Shown here: in pieces, positions 1 to 7,959 of the stretch
Position numbering within the stretch: position 1 is the first letter of the stretch
Layout of the letters: each line of letters opens with the position of its first letter
Source: a virus
Taxonomy: Duplodnaviria > Caudoviricetes
Direction: 5' to 3' (one strand)
Virus record (IMG/VR): IMGVR_UViG_3300021400_000034
Coordinates: 128,001 to 192,000 of that record
Length of the DNA: 64,000 bases
Made by a program: the position numbers and the translations under genes
Notes under the pieces: model-generated
Databases searched by the model: none
Seen by the model: the letters and a program-made list of their open reading frames with translations, nothing else
Told to the model about the DNA's origin: nothing

Positions 1-37
1 TTGTCTATATTTTGATCATTTATATAAGGAAACTGCT

Positions 38-727
38 ATGGCAAGAATATACTCAAACTGGAAAGAGGCTTACGGCGAGATCAAGCGCGACGTCTCTGAG
101 AACGGCATCTCTGTCCACACTAAGACCTACCAGAACAAGGACATCGAGAAGAACCCGATGTTCGAGACTAAAGAGATCCAGAACTACTCGTGGGTGCTCC
201 AGAACGCTAAGTCTTCCGACATCACTGGCGTTACGCAGCCGTGGGCGGACGCTGAGTTCAAAGAACGCATCGACCCTAATGATCTCAACCCAGGCGAAGC
301 TTGGAAGCTCAGAGCGGACGTATGGACCGAGTTCCTGATGGACGGCAAGCAGAGCTACACGTACAACGAGCGCTACCACCGCAACGACCAGCTCAACAAG
401 GTCATTCAGTGTCTCAAGAACGACCCGATGACGCGTCAGGCATGGCTATCTATGTGGGATCCGAACGAAGATCCAGACAAGTTCACTGGCGTTGGACGCT
501 GTCCGTGCACTCTGGGCTACCACTTCTTCTATCGTGGCGGAAAGCTCAACATGCACAACGTGATGCGTTCATGCGACATCTACACTCACTTCTGCAACGA
601 CGTGTACCTCTCTATCCGTCTCCTCGAGTATGTGGCGATGAAAGTAGGTATGCCCGTAGGAAACTTCCAGCAGACTGTGTTCTCGCTCCACGCATACCGC
701 AAAGACTTCGAAGACAGCATCTTCTAA
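38..727 (+). CDS. Thymidylate-synthase-fold dCMP hydroxymethylase/methylase (T4 gp42-like)
   Basis: Catalytic PC(T) motif and MRSCD..HFCND motif; Asp at the position of E. coli ThyA N177, as in T4 gp42. Confidence 0.75.
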   Translation: MARIYSNWKEAYGEIKRDVSENGISVHTKTYQNKDIEKNPMFETKEIQNYSWVLQNAKSSDITGVTQPWADAEFKERIDPNDLNPGEAWKLRADVWTEFLMDGKQSYTYNERYHRNDQLNKVIQCLKNDPMTRQAWLSMWDPNEDPDKFTGVGRCPCTLGYHFFYRGGKLNMHNVMRSCDIYTHFCNDVYLSIRLLEYVAMKVGMPVGNFQQTVFSLHAYRKDFEDSIF

Positions 728-746
728 TCTGATCTTCCACTAGAAC

Positions 747-779
747 AAAAAAGAGACGGGCCGCAAGCTCGTCTTTTTC
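747..779 (+). terminator. Rho-independent terminator
   Basis: GAGACGGGC-cgcaa-GCTCGTCTT followed by T-run. Confidence 0.7.
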
Positions 780-787
780 TATAAATA
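780..787 (+). promoter_or_regulatory. T4-type late promoter TATAAATA
   Basis: Exact T4 gp55 consensus; also at 3191, 7947, 14370, 19085, 30518, 52636, 56063; GATAAATA variants before the ORFs at 16634, 24026, 52098, 59921. Confidence 0.7.
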
Positions 788-804
788 AATTGGAGAAAAA
801 GACT

Positions 805-1794
805 ATGGATAGACACGAAGCACTACGCATCATCAAAGAGTCTGGCCTCATCGCTGAGAAGATGACAGAGGAAGAGAAGGCAGCTAAGCGCAAGGCCCGT
901 AGAGAGGCACGCAAGGCTGAAGCTAACGCATACAAAGACGCTCACGTGACATTCAAGACGAACAAGAACTCTGGCATATATAGCGACATAATCTACGAGC
1001 TCTGCAAGATGTTCAGTTCTGAGCTGGGCTCATTCGAGATCAGAAAGGGATCAGACGATGGATCCGACTACATGTACATCTTCGATCAGAAGAACGACGC
1101 TTCTGGAAATTCTCACAGGGCAGTGATCGAGTTCGATCTGAGACAGATGAGAAAGCTCTGCATCGTCGCTCACCTTGAAATCGACGGCAGAGACACTGGC
1201 GACACCTTCGGCTATAGAGACTCCGAGGGAAGTCAGGGAATGTTCACTCAACAAGATCTCAACTGGGAATGGCACGAGTACGCTAAGGGACGTTTCAGCA
1301 GCTTCGACATCGACGTAACTATCAACAAGAAGGACTTCTCTGAGTGGCTCAAGAGAATATGCGCAAAGGCTTCTAGCGCTCTAGATCGTGCAGTCGCTAT
1401 GGCTAACGAAGAGACTAAGGATCCTAGCGAGAGAGGAATTCCTAACTTCGAGCACTTGGAGTTCGAGTTCACAGATGATTCGATCGACTCTATGACTGGA
1501 GAAAGGCTTAGATACAGAGTCCCGAAGTCTTTTGTGATGGAGTTCTTCCACAAGAACTGTGGAGAGGACAACAACAGCTACAAGGACTTCAAGAACTTCT
1601 TCGACAGCCTGGACATCAGCTACATGAGAAGCATGAGCGAGCCAGCGTCACTCTTCAGAGGAAGCTTCAGCTTCAGCCAGTACAAGTGGTTCAAGAGAGG
1701 CGGTGGAGAGCTGCAGGGTCGTCTATGGTCGTTCCCTGCATTCAGTGGATACGAGAACGATGATGTAGAAGTCAAGGGCTGGAAGCTATCTTAA
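805..1794 (+). CDS. Hypothetical late protein with shared N-terminal EA..I.E.G..MT.EEKA motif
   Basis: Long ORF, phage codon usage, GGAG SD before ATG 805, late promoter. Confidence 0.75.
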   Translation: MDRHEALRIIKESGLIAEKMTEEEKAAKRKARREARKAEANAYKDAHVTFKTNKNSGIYSDIIYELCKMFSSELGSFEIRKGSDDGSDYMYIFDQKNDASGNSHRAVIEFDLRQMRKLCIVAHLEIDGRDTGDTFGYRDSEGSQGMFTQQDLNWEWHEYAKGRFSSFDIDVTINKKDFSEWLKRICAKASSALDRAVAMANEETKDPSERGIPNFEHLEFEFTDDSIDSMTGERLRYRVPKSFVMEFFHKNCGEDNNSYKDFKNFFDSLDISYMRSMSEPASLFRGSFSFSQYKWFKRGGGELQGRLWSFPAFSGYENDDVEVKGWKLS

Positions 1795-1872
1795 CGAAAT
1801 CTATGTTCCGCTCCACTGAGAGCGGAATTTTTGTGTTCAGAATTTGTCTATATTTAAAGCTGAGGTAACTTT

Positions 1873-2421
1873 ATGAACATTGTAGTCTACGGCTGCGACA
1901 ACTCTGGAAAGACATCGCTAGCCAATCACATCGCGGACAAGTTCAAGTTCGAATACATCCGCAGCAAAGGCGGTCCCAAGATGGACCTGATCGAAGTTCT
2001 CAAGTACATCCACGAGAATCTCTGCTCTGGCGGAAACAAAGTCTTCGACCGCTTCACGCCTATCGAGGAGTTCGCCAACGGCATCGCTCTCCGCAACGAG
2101 AACAAGATCGCCACGAGCTTCATCGACACCAGCGACTTTTTCAGCTCTGTCAGCCTGTTCATCTACGCTCGTCCCGACATGGAGACCGTCAAGAACTTTG
2201 GCGATCGTGAGCAGATGGACGGAATTATCAAGAACATAGACCGTCTTCGCAGTCTATATGACTTCTACACTGTCGACAAGATCGAGAACGACAGACCGCT
2301 CTACATCTTTGACTGGACTAAGGATCCGAGCTACGACAAGATCGACAAGTTCTTGGAGATGTGGATCGAGAACGACGAGAACATCGCAAAAGCTTTCGCG
2401 CAGGGCTCCTGCTGCGCATAA
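1873..2421 (+). CDS. dNMP/thymidylate kinase-like P-loop kinase
   Basis: GCDNSGKT Walker A and FDRF motif. Confidence 0.75.
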   Translation: MNIVVYGCDNSGKTSLANHIADKFKFEYIRSKGGPKMDLIEVLKYIHENLCSGGNKVFDRFTPIEEFANGIALRNENKIATSFIDTSDFFSSVSLFIYARPDMETVKNFGDREQMDGIIKNIDRLRSLYDFYTVDKIENDRPLYIFDWTKDPSYDKIDKFLEMWIENDENIAKAFAQGSCCA

Positions 2422-2438
2422 CTCTAGAGGAAACACCA

Positions 2439-3059
2439 ATGAACGTAACTGACTTCAAAGACAACAAAGAGTACATCAAGTACATGGACAAGGGCATCAT
2501 CCCTGGCATCTTCGGACTCCAGGACACCCTGATCGACGCATACGTGAAGATCGAAGGAGAGAACGACCCGCAGAATCCGTACAACATCCACCGTCATCTC
2601 GACATCAACAACACTCGCGACCAGCTGATCATCAAGATCCTCTCTCAGCGCGTGATCGAAGAGCTCGCCGAGATGAGCATGGCTGGACACAACATCGAGC
2701 ACGTCAAGGAAGAGTTCGTAGACGCTCTCATCTTCGCGACGGAGATGATGATCTTGCTAGACGTGAAGGCCGAGGATCTCAACGAAGACTACACGCTCAA
2801 CGACAACTACAGTCTGCCGTTCGGAAACAGAATGATCGTGATCGACTATCTCGCTTCCGCGACGAACTGCTTGAAGAACAAGAGCTGGAAGAAGGATCAG
2901 GTGCTCGTGGACGCTAAAGCGTTCTGGCGCAGAATCATGAAGTTCTACCAGCACCTCTTGGCGCTCGGCACTAACATCTTCGGATCGAACACGGACATGT
3001 TCCTCTACTTCTACGCGAAGTGGTCGACGAACAAGTTCCGTCAGGTCTCGAACTACTAA
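2439..3059 (+). CDS. All-alpha dCTP/dUTP pyrophosphatase (gp56/MazG-like)
   Basis: EELAE...EEFVDALIF acidic motifs, K.W and NKFRQ C-terminal motifs; GAGG SD. Confidence 0.65.
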   Translation: MNVTDFKDNKEYIKYMDKGIIPGIFGLQDTLIDAYVKIEGENDPQNPYNIHRHLDINNTRDQLIIKILSQRVIEELAEMSMAGHNIEHVKEEFVDALIFATEMMILLDVKAEDLNEDYTLNDNYSLPFGNRMIVIDYLASATNCLKNKSWKKDQVLVDAKAFWRRIMKFYQHLLALGTNIFGSNTDMFLYFYAKWSTNKFRQVSNY

Positions 3060-3079
3060 CTGATCCATAGCAGAGCCGC

Positions 3080-3112
3080 GAGAGTGGAGCCGTCATGAGC
3101 TCCGCTCTTTTT
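3080..3112 (+). terminator. Rho-independent terminator
   Basis: AGAGTGGAGC...GCTCCGCTCT followed by T-run. Confidence 0.7.
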
Positions 3113-3235
3113 GTGTAGATGCAACTATGTAGAGGCAACCATGTTTAGAAAGTTTTACAAAAGTTTCTCATAAAAATATGTATATTGTTGTATAAATAAA
3201 ACAATCAAAGCTGGAATACAGCGCAAAGGAATAAA

Positions 3236-3364
3236 ATGATCCTGACCGGAACGACATATCAGTCAAAATACGCCAATCACAAGGCGGTTGAAAATTGCGG
3301 TCGCGATCAAGGCTTGAGAAGCATCGATCCAAGATTTGCAATCGAGCCGAACCGCTGCGAATGA
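3236..3364 (+). CDS. Putative 42-aa leader peptide of the tRNA operon
   Basis: AAGGA SD, ATG 3236, TGA 3362-3364 overlapping an antiterminator arm. Confidence 0.5.
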   Translation: MILTGTTYQSKYANHKAVENCGRDQGLRSIDPRFAIEPNRCE

Positions 3365-3431
3365 CTTCCAGTCTCTAAGACGCTTTTATAAGAGGAGAAC
3401 GAGGAAGTCACCACGACTTCCTCTCTTTTTT
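3362..3431 (+). promoter_or_regulatory. Attenuator-like terminator/antiterminator
   Basis: Terminator GAGGAAGTC-accac-GACTTCCTC + T6; alternative pairing TGACTTCC(3362-3369)/GGAAGTCA(3403-3410). Confidence 0.55.
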
Positions 3432-3496
3432 GTATAAGCGTCGAAACACCGTCTCGTGAAGATGATGTGCAGATTGACATTTCGGCAATGACTTAT

Positions 3497-3570
3497 GGAC
3501 CGGTAGCCCAACTGGCAGAGGCAGGGCACTCAAAACGCCCGCAGTGATGGTTCGAATCCATCTCGGTCCA
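3497..3570 (+). tRNA. tRNA-Leu(CAA), short variable arm
   Basis: Cloverleaf, loop CT-CAA-AA, GGTTCGAATCC. Confidence 0.8.
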
Positions 3571-3575
3571 CTTAT

Positions 3576-3649
3576 GGGGCTGCATGTACCAAGGCTGGCG
3601 ATGGATCTTAGCAAGATTCGTGAGAAGGGTTCGATTCCCTTCGGTTCCA
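3576..3649 (+). tRNA. tRNA-Ala(AGC)
   Basis: Loop TT-AGC-AA, G3:U70, atypical D arm. Confidence 0.7.
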
Positions 3650-3655
3650 CTACAT

Positions 3656-3729
3656 TAGGTCGTAGTTCTAATTGGCAGAACGCCTGGCCGTTAACCAGGA
3701 TGTTGCAGGTTCGAGTCCTGCCCTCCCAG
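3656..3729 (+). pseudogene. Degenerate tRNA-Asn(GTT)
   Basis: Good D/AC/T arms, C33, acceptor stem with 3 mismatches. Confidence 0.55.
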
Positions 3730-3736
3730 CTAATTT

Positions 3737-3810
3737 CAGCGTATAGCTCAGTCTGGTAGAGCGTTGGTTTCGGGTACCAAAGGTCGGTGGTTCGAATCCA
3801 CCTACGCTGA
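3737..3810 (+). tRNA. tRNA-Pro(CGG)
   Basis: Cloverleaf, TTGGT-TTCGGGT-ACCAA. Confidence 0.9.
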
Positions 3811-3846
3811 CTCTTTAGAAAAACTTTGAAAATGACAAAATTTGAC

Positions 3847-3875
3847 TTTACAAAACAGCTAAAAATTCCTATAAT
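3847..3875 (+). promoter_or_regulatory. Early (sigma70-type) promoter family TTTA(C/G)(A/G)-N17-TATA(T/A)T
   Basis: Same motif with -35 at 5241, 12934, 14855, 17371, 19860, 21784, 25355, 49043, 51698, 55057 (+) and 36732-36759 (16-nt spacer), 39642-39670, 41223-41251, 42093-42121, 43796-43824 (-). Confidence 0.75.
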
Positions 3876-3911
3876 ATATATGTAAAACTCTTAAAGAAAA
3901 GGACCTGAACT

Positions 3912-4253
3912 ATGAAATTCAGAATCGTCTACATCGGCAACACCCGCCACATCAAGGAACTCAAGGCTGCAGCCCAGGAATTCAACCCCACCGCCCGCTC
4001 TCAGTGGCTCGGGATCTGCTTCCCGGACGACGCGATCGAAGCTGAAGTCGAAAGCGTAGAAGAGGGCAAGAAGCTCATGGCCCACATCTACAAGAAGGTC
4101 AACTGCTTCCCGAAGAAGTACTCTTACGTGGACGGACCGGAATGGTGGTCCAACGACATGAAGCACTTCCTCGGCACTTCTGTCTGCTCCGACCGCTTCG
4201 ACTACGAGAAGCCAGTCACCGAAGAACACTTTGAAGACTTCTTGGAGGCATAA
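3912..4253 (+). CDS. Hypothetical early protein
   Basis: ORF after early promoter with AAGGACC RBS. Confidence 0.75.
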   Translation: MKFRIVYIGNTRHIKELKAAAQEFNPTARSQWLGICFPDDAIEAEVESVEEGKKLMAHIYKKVNCFPKKYSYVDGPEWWSNDMKHFLGTSVCSDRFDYEKPVTEEHFEDFLEA

Positions 4254-4537
4254 TGATCTGGAAGCGCTCTACATACAGTCACAGCGGAACGCTCGCTGTG
4301 TTCGCAAACGATGACGATGGCAGTCCTTACGGCGTCGCTACCGTATATCTGGAAGGGCAGAGCGAAACGCTCCCCAGAGACTGCGCATTCGTCGATACGA
4401 ACAACTGGCCAGACATCGTCGAGACGCTGGAGAAAGCCGATCTCGCTGAAGAGCTGATCGACTCCTATGGCTCTTCGGGATTCTGCGTCTATCCAGCGAT
4501 GCGCTTCAAGATCGAGAAGATCTCGGAAGCACGATAA
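4253..4537 (+). CDS. Hypothetical protein (DUF4313-like)
   Basis: PYG.ATV.L...AFVDTNN...SGFCVYP pattern. Confidence 0.55.
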   Translation: MIWKRSTYSHSGTLAVFANDDDGSPYGVATVYLEGQSETLPRDCAFVDTNNWPDIVETLEKADLAEELIDSYGSSGFCVYPAMRFKIEKISEAR

Positions 4538-4557
4538 ATTAAGTAGATTTGTTCTAC

Positions 4558-4631
4558 GCCCCGATAGCTCAGCTGGATAGAGCAACTGCCTTCTAAGCAG
4601 TAGGTCGCAGGTTCGAATCCTGCTCGGGGTA
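4558..4631 (+). tRNA. tRNA-Arg(TCT)
   Basis: Canonical cloverleaf. Confidence 0.92.
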
Positions 4632-4755
4632 CTACCGAGTCTAGCTCTCGACCTATATCCTCACACAAATATGGGTTTCCCTTAAACTAACATACTGCTA
4701 GACTCTGTCATGGTCTTCTCCGTTCCCATGAATAAAGAACCGAGACGCCTTTCAT

Positions 4756-4829
4756 GGATCTGTATGACAACTGGAATAGTCGAGGCGACTTTTAATCGTC
4801 GGATCTGGGTTCGAGTCCCGGCAGGTCCA
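4756..4829 (+). tRNA. tRNA-Lys(TTT)
   Basis: GGCGA-CTTTTAA-TCGTC, T arm. Confidence 0.85.
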
Positions 4830-4842
4830 CTAACATAGAACA

Positions 4843-5034
4843 ATGGAGATGAAGATGAAGAAAGACAAGAAAGAGCCTGAGACTTGGGAAGAGAAGAAGA
4901 ACCGCTGGGAGAAGCAGACGAAGAAGGCACTGTCTTTCGCTAAACAGAGCGGAATCGACGTCAAGAAGTTACAACGCGAACGAGCTAAGAACGAAGCTGA
5001 GAAGAGAGATCGATCTCGTTCGCAGTTCTTCTAA
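4843..5034 (+). CDS. Small basic hypothetical protein
   Basis: ORF between tRNAs with phage codon usage. Confidence 0.55.
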   Translation: MEMKMKKDKKEPETWEEKKNRWEKQTKKALSFAKQSGIDVKKLQRERAKNEAEKRDRSRSQFF

Positions 5035-5039
5035 GACAA

Positions 5040-5124
5040 GGCCACATGGCGGAACTGGTAGACGCTATGGACTTAAAATCCATTGAAGGTAATCTTCGTG
5101 AGAGTTCGAGTCTCTCTGCGGCTA
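5040..5124 (+). tRNA. tRNA-Leu(TAA)
   Basis: Type II cloverleaf. Confidence 0.88.
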
Positions 5125-5127
5125 TAC

Positions 5128-5219
5128 TGGGCAGTCGCCAAGTCTGGTTCAAGGCCCCGGACTTTGACTCCGGTAGAGAGGAAGTTCCTCCGTCAGTGGT
5201 TCGAATCCACTCTGCCCAA
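5128..5219 (+). tRNA. tRNA-Gln(TTG) with long variable arm
   Basis: CCGGA-CTTTGAC-TCCGG; extra GAGGA-agt-TCCTC hairpin. Confidence 0.8.
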
Positions 5220-5340
5220 TAAAAAATTCTAGAAATAGGGTTTAGAAACTGAACTTCAATTTCTATATTCTAATCATCGTCAATCGATGAGGCTCTTCCG
5301 AGAGAAGAACCAGCAAATTGAAATTTCGGCAATGACTTAT

Positions 5341-5414
5341 TCCACTCTAGCTCAATTGGTAGTAGCGGGCGGCTGTTAACCGCCAGGTTCCTGGTTCGAG
5401 TCCAGGGAGTGGAG
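5341..5414 (+). tRNA. tRNA-Asn(GTT)
   Basis: Canonical cloverleaf. Confidence 0.92.
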
Positions 5415-5415
5415 C

Positions 5416-5822
5416 TACACACGCGGTAATTGTTTTACAGTTTCTGCTTGGCGTGAGCATTCCTCCGTCCGGGGTGCCTTTTGAGCCCTCGGGTCGCGGT
5501 AAAAGAATGAAACTGGAGAGACTAAGTTGAAAAGGCTGCGATGTACCGCACAGGTGAAGTAAGTGCAACAACACTGGTTTCGAATTAAATGGCGAGGAGC
5601 CATCGAGAGAAGTCGAACTGTGGTAAGAGCAGAGGCTCTACGCTCTGGAGGTTGCATACTCCGGACGTGGACTACAAAGTGCATCCGATCGTCGCGGATA
5701 TTCTTCTTTCGATACGGGCAAATCGCAAGTCAGGAACAGTCATGCAAGACTCAGTACTGGCGAGCTCTTTAACGAGAGAGAACACTGCACTGAGGTCACC
5801 GCAGTCTAATCAAACCTCACCT
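5416..5822 (+). ncRNA. Large structured ncRNA candidate (possibly GOLLD/ROOL-like)
   Basis: ~400 nt between two tRNAs, no credible ORF, multiple helices (CAGTTTC/GAAACTG, TGAGGT/ACCTCA). Confidence 0.4.
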
Positions 5823-5823
5823 C

Positions 5824-5896
5824 GGGGCCGTGGCGCAATTGGTAGCGCATCAGATTTGCATTCTGAGGGTTGCGGGTCCGACTCCCGCCGGTTCCA
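5824..5896 (+). tRNA. tRNA-Ala(TGC)
   Basis: Cloverleaf, G3:U70, T loop TCCGACT. Confidence 0.85.
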
Positions 5897-5899
5897 CTA

Positions 5900-5960
5900 T
5901 AGATCCTAACAGCAATTCAAAGCACATTCCTGTTAAGAATCGAAAGCTAAAATGGATCTA
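5900..5960 (+). ncRNA. ACAGCAA-stem element E1 carrying an Asn(GTT) anticodon stem-loop
   Basis: TAGATCC/GGATCTA stem, TAACAGCAA, ATTC-CTGTTAA-GAAT. Confidence 0.7.
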
Positions 5961-5967
5961 GTCATTT

Positions 5968-6040
5968 CAGTCTGTACGTCAATTGGTAGACGGATGGTTT
6001 TGGGAACCATTAGTTGAGTGTTCGAGTCACTCCAGACTGA
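5968..6040 (+). tRNA. tRNA-Pro(TGG)
   Basis: Cloverleaf. Confidence 0.88.
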
Positions 6041-6161
6041 CTACTAAAAGAGGGACAAGAGGCTTCCACCTCCTGATCGAATTTCGTCGTTCGATCTCAC
6101 CTCTATACAATATGAGGATATGGAAGAATCCTCGTAAAAATAAAGATAACAGAGGCGAATT

Positions 6162-6944
6162 ATGATTTGCGAAAATTGCGGAAAAGAACATGACGGTTCT
6201 TACGGAAGTGGAAGATTCTGCTCTAGAGATTGCAGATTTTCTTATATAGGTAAACAGACTAACAAGAATGGTAAACATACTGGTCATCCTAATTATAATA
6301 CTGGAAGGACTCATTTTACTGCTTCACCAGATGGATGGAAATGCAAATGGTGTGATTTAGTCTTTAGAACTAGACGTGAACGTTCAAAACATTCAAATGA
6401 AGTTCATATACGCGATAAAAAGCATCCTTGGAATTATGGACTAACCAAAGATACTTCTAAAAAGGTAAAAGAGAGTACAGAATTAGTTAGGGAACTATAC
6501 AAAGCTGGAAAAATTCGTAAACCTGACAAAAAATTAGTATGGACGGAAGAGAGAAGACAAAGACAATCTGATAAGAAAAAGAAGTTTTATTCTGAACATC
6601 CAGAAGCACATCCAAATCGAAAATTAGCTAATAATCGTTCTAAGATGAGTTATCCAGAAAAGATAGTTTACGATTGGCTTACTGAGAAAAACATATCTTT
6701 TGAACATAATAAGCTGATAAGAACTAAAACTATTACGAGATATGTAGATTTTTATCTAAAAGACAATAATCTTATAATAGAAGTTGATGGAGAATTTTGG
6801 CACAATAGAAAGATTGAAAAAGATAAAAAGAAAGATTTTGAAGCCGAAGAAGCCGGTTATACTACTCTCCGAATAAAAGCAAAAGAGAGGATAATAGACC
6901 GATTAAATGACTTCTTCAGCTATCATATAAAAACGCTGGAATAG
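6162..6944 (+). CDS. Homing endonuclease (Zn fingers + DUF559/Vsr-like PD-(D/E)xK domain)
   Basis: CENC, CSRDC, CKWC; SYPE...VDFY...IIEVDGEFWH; AT-rich; stop lies inside the next tRNA. Confidence 0.75.
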   Translation: MICENCGKEHDGSYGSGRFCSRDCRFSYIGKQTNKNGKHTGHPNYNTGRTHFTASPDGWKCKWCDLVFRTRRERSKHSNEVHIRDKKHPWNYGLTKDTSKKVKESTELVRELYKAGKIRKPDKKLVWTEERRQRQSDKKKKFYSEHPEAHPNRKLANNRSKMSYPEKIVYDWLTEKNISFEHNKLIRTKTITRYVDFYLKDNNLIIEVDGEFWHNRKIEKDKKKDFEAEEAGYTTLRIKAKERIIDRLNDFFSYHIKTLE

Positions 6945-7007
6945 CTCAGCTGGTAGAGCAGGGCTTTCGTAAAGCTCAGGTCGGCAGTTCGAGCCTGTCT
7001 TCCAGCG
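6935..7007 (+). tRNA. tRNA-Thr(CGT)
   Basis: Cloverleaf. Confidence 0.88.
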
Positions 7008-7019
7008 CTACTGAAATTA

Positions 7020-7142
7020 GAGATGGTAACAGCAATTCTCTTTAGGCTGGTAACCTCGTGGTCGCGGGTTCGAGTCCCGTCTGGTCAGTCTCCGGATTGA
7101 TCGGTAGCTCAGTTGGTAGAGCACGTACAAGAAATCCATCTC
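7020..7142 (+). ncRNA. Element E2: circularly permuted tRNA(GGT)
   Basis: GAGATGG/CCATCTC stem, AACAGCAA; 3' piece 7044-7088 precedes 5' piece 7098-7125. Confidence 0.8.
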
Positions 7143-7148
7143 GTCTTT

Positions 7149-7222
7149 GGTGCCGTGGTGAAGTGGCCTAACACATCGGTCTGTCTAACCGACATACGCG
7201 AGTTCGAATCTCGCCGGCATCG
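7149..7222 (+). tRNA. tRNA-Asp(GTC)
   Basis: Cloverleaf. Confidence 0.88.
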
Positions 7223-7225
7223 CTA

Positions 7226-7555
7226 TGATCTGAAGGAGAGACTCTAGCAATAGTGGAGTCGCTATCCTTGCAAAGGCCGCTACATTGAGCGTTACTTCGC
7301 CGTCAATTGGATCCAATGGAAGGACGCTTACTGGTTGATCAGCAGAAGTCAATTCGACGTCAACATGATGTCACCGACGAAGGCTGTGATGGAGTCAGGG
7401 GAGAGCATAGGCATAAGCATCCTGGCCCGGCCGCTGGAATCTCGAATTCATTTCAACCATCGAACGAGTCCGATGGTTCTATCGCGAAAAATAACGGCAT
7501 AAGCGCGAGACAGGTAAAGTCTTCGGTCACAAGACTATAAATGACCGGCCGTACA
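7226..7555 (+). ncRNA. Unknown ~300-nt structured RNA
   Basis: 5' TGATCTGAAGG pairs with TCTTCGGTCA (7520-7529); internal hairpins; between tRNAs. Confidence 0.4.
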
Positions 7556-7556
7556 A

Positions 7557-7640
7557 GTCAGCTTCGGATAGCGGCAATTCCAGGAGACTGTAAATCTCCT
7601 GCCTTAACGGGCTTCGTAGGTTCGAGTCCTACAGCTGGCA
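7557..7640 (+). tRNA. tRNA-Tyr(GTA)
   Basis: Type II cloverleaf. Confidence 0.9.
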
Positions 7641-7647
7641 CTAATCC

Positions 7648-7823
7648 ATAGCGTCTGAATTCAAGTACGTATCTTCGTAGCTCAGTTGGTAGAGCGCAGG
7701 CCGAGAGGGCCTGAGGCGGTGGTTCGAGTCCATTCGTCGACCGTGAAGAGGGGGAGGCTTGGAGAGGATATCGGTTGAACTGTGAACTCGAGATAGCTTT
7801 TCACTCTTATCCTCAGCGCTATT
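7648..7823 (+). ncRNA. tRNA-like domain nested in a larger closed RNA
   Basis: Outer ATAGCG/CGCTAT stem; canonical D and T arms; AC loop lacks U33; poor acceptor stem. Confidence 0.55.
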
Positions 7824-7825
7824 AT

Positions 7826-7898
7826 GCTGGAATAGCTCAATTGGCAGAGCGTCGCCTTTGTAACGCGAGGGTTGGGAGTTCGATTCTCTCTTCCAGCG
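7826..7898 (+). tRNA. tRNA-Thr(TGT)
   Basis: Cloverleaf. Confidence 0.85.
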
Positions 7899-7959
7899 CT
7901 ATAATGAAAAGAATTGTAAAAGTTTTCTAAATCTTGGCTTTATCGATATAAATAGACAG

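Noticed and set aside
7020-7142. Archaeal-type BHB splice motif at the permuted tRNA junction
   Set aside because: The flanks do not form a 3-4-3 bulge-helix-bulge
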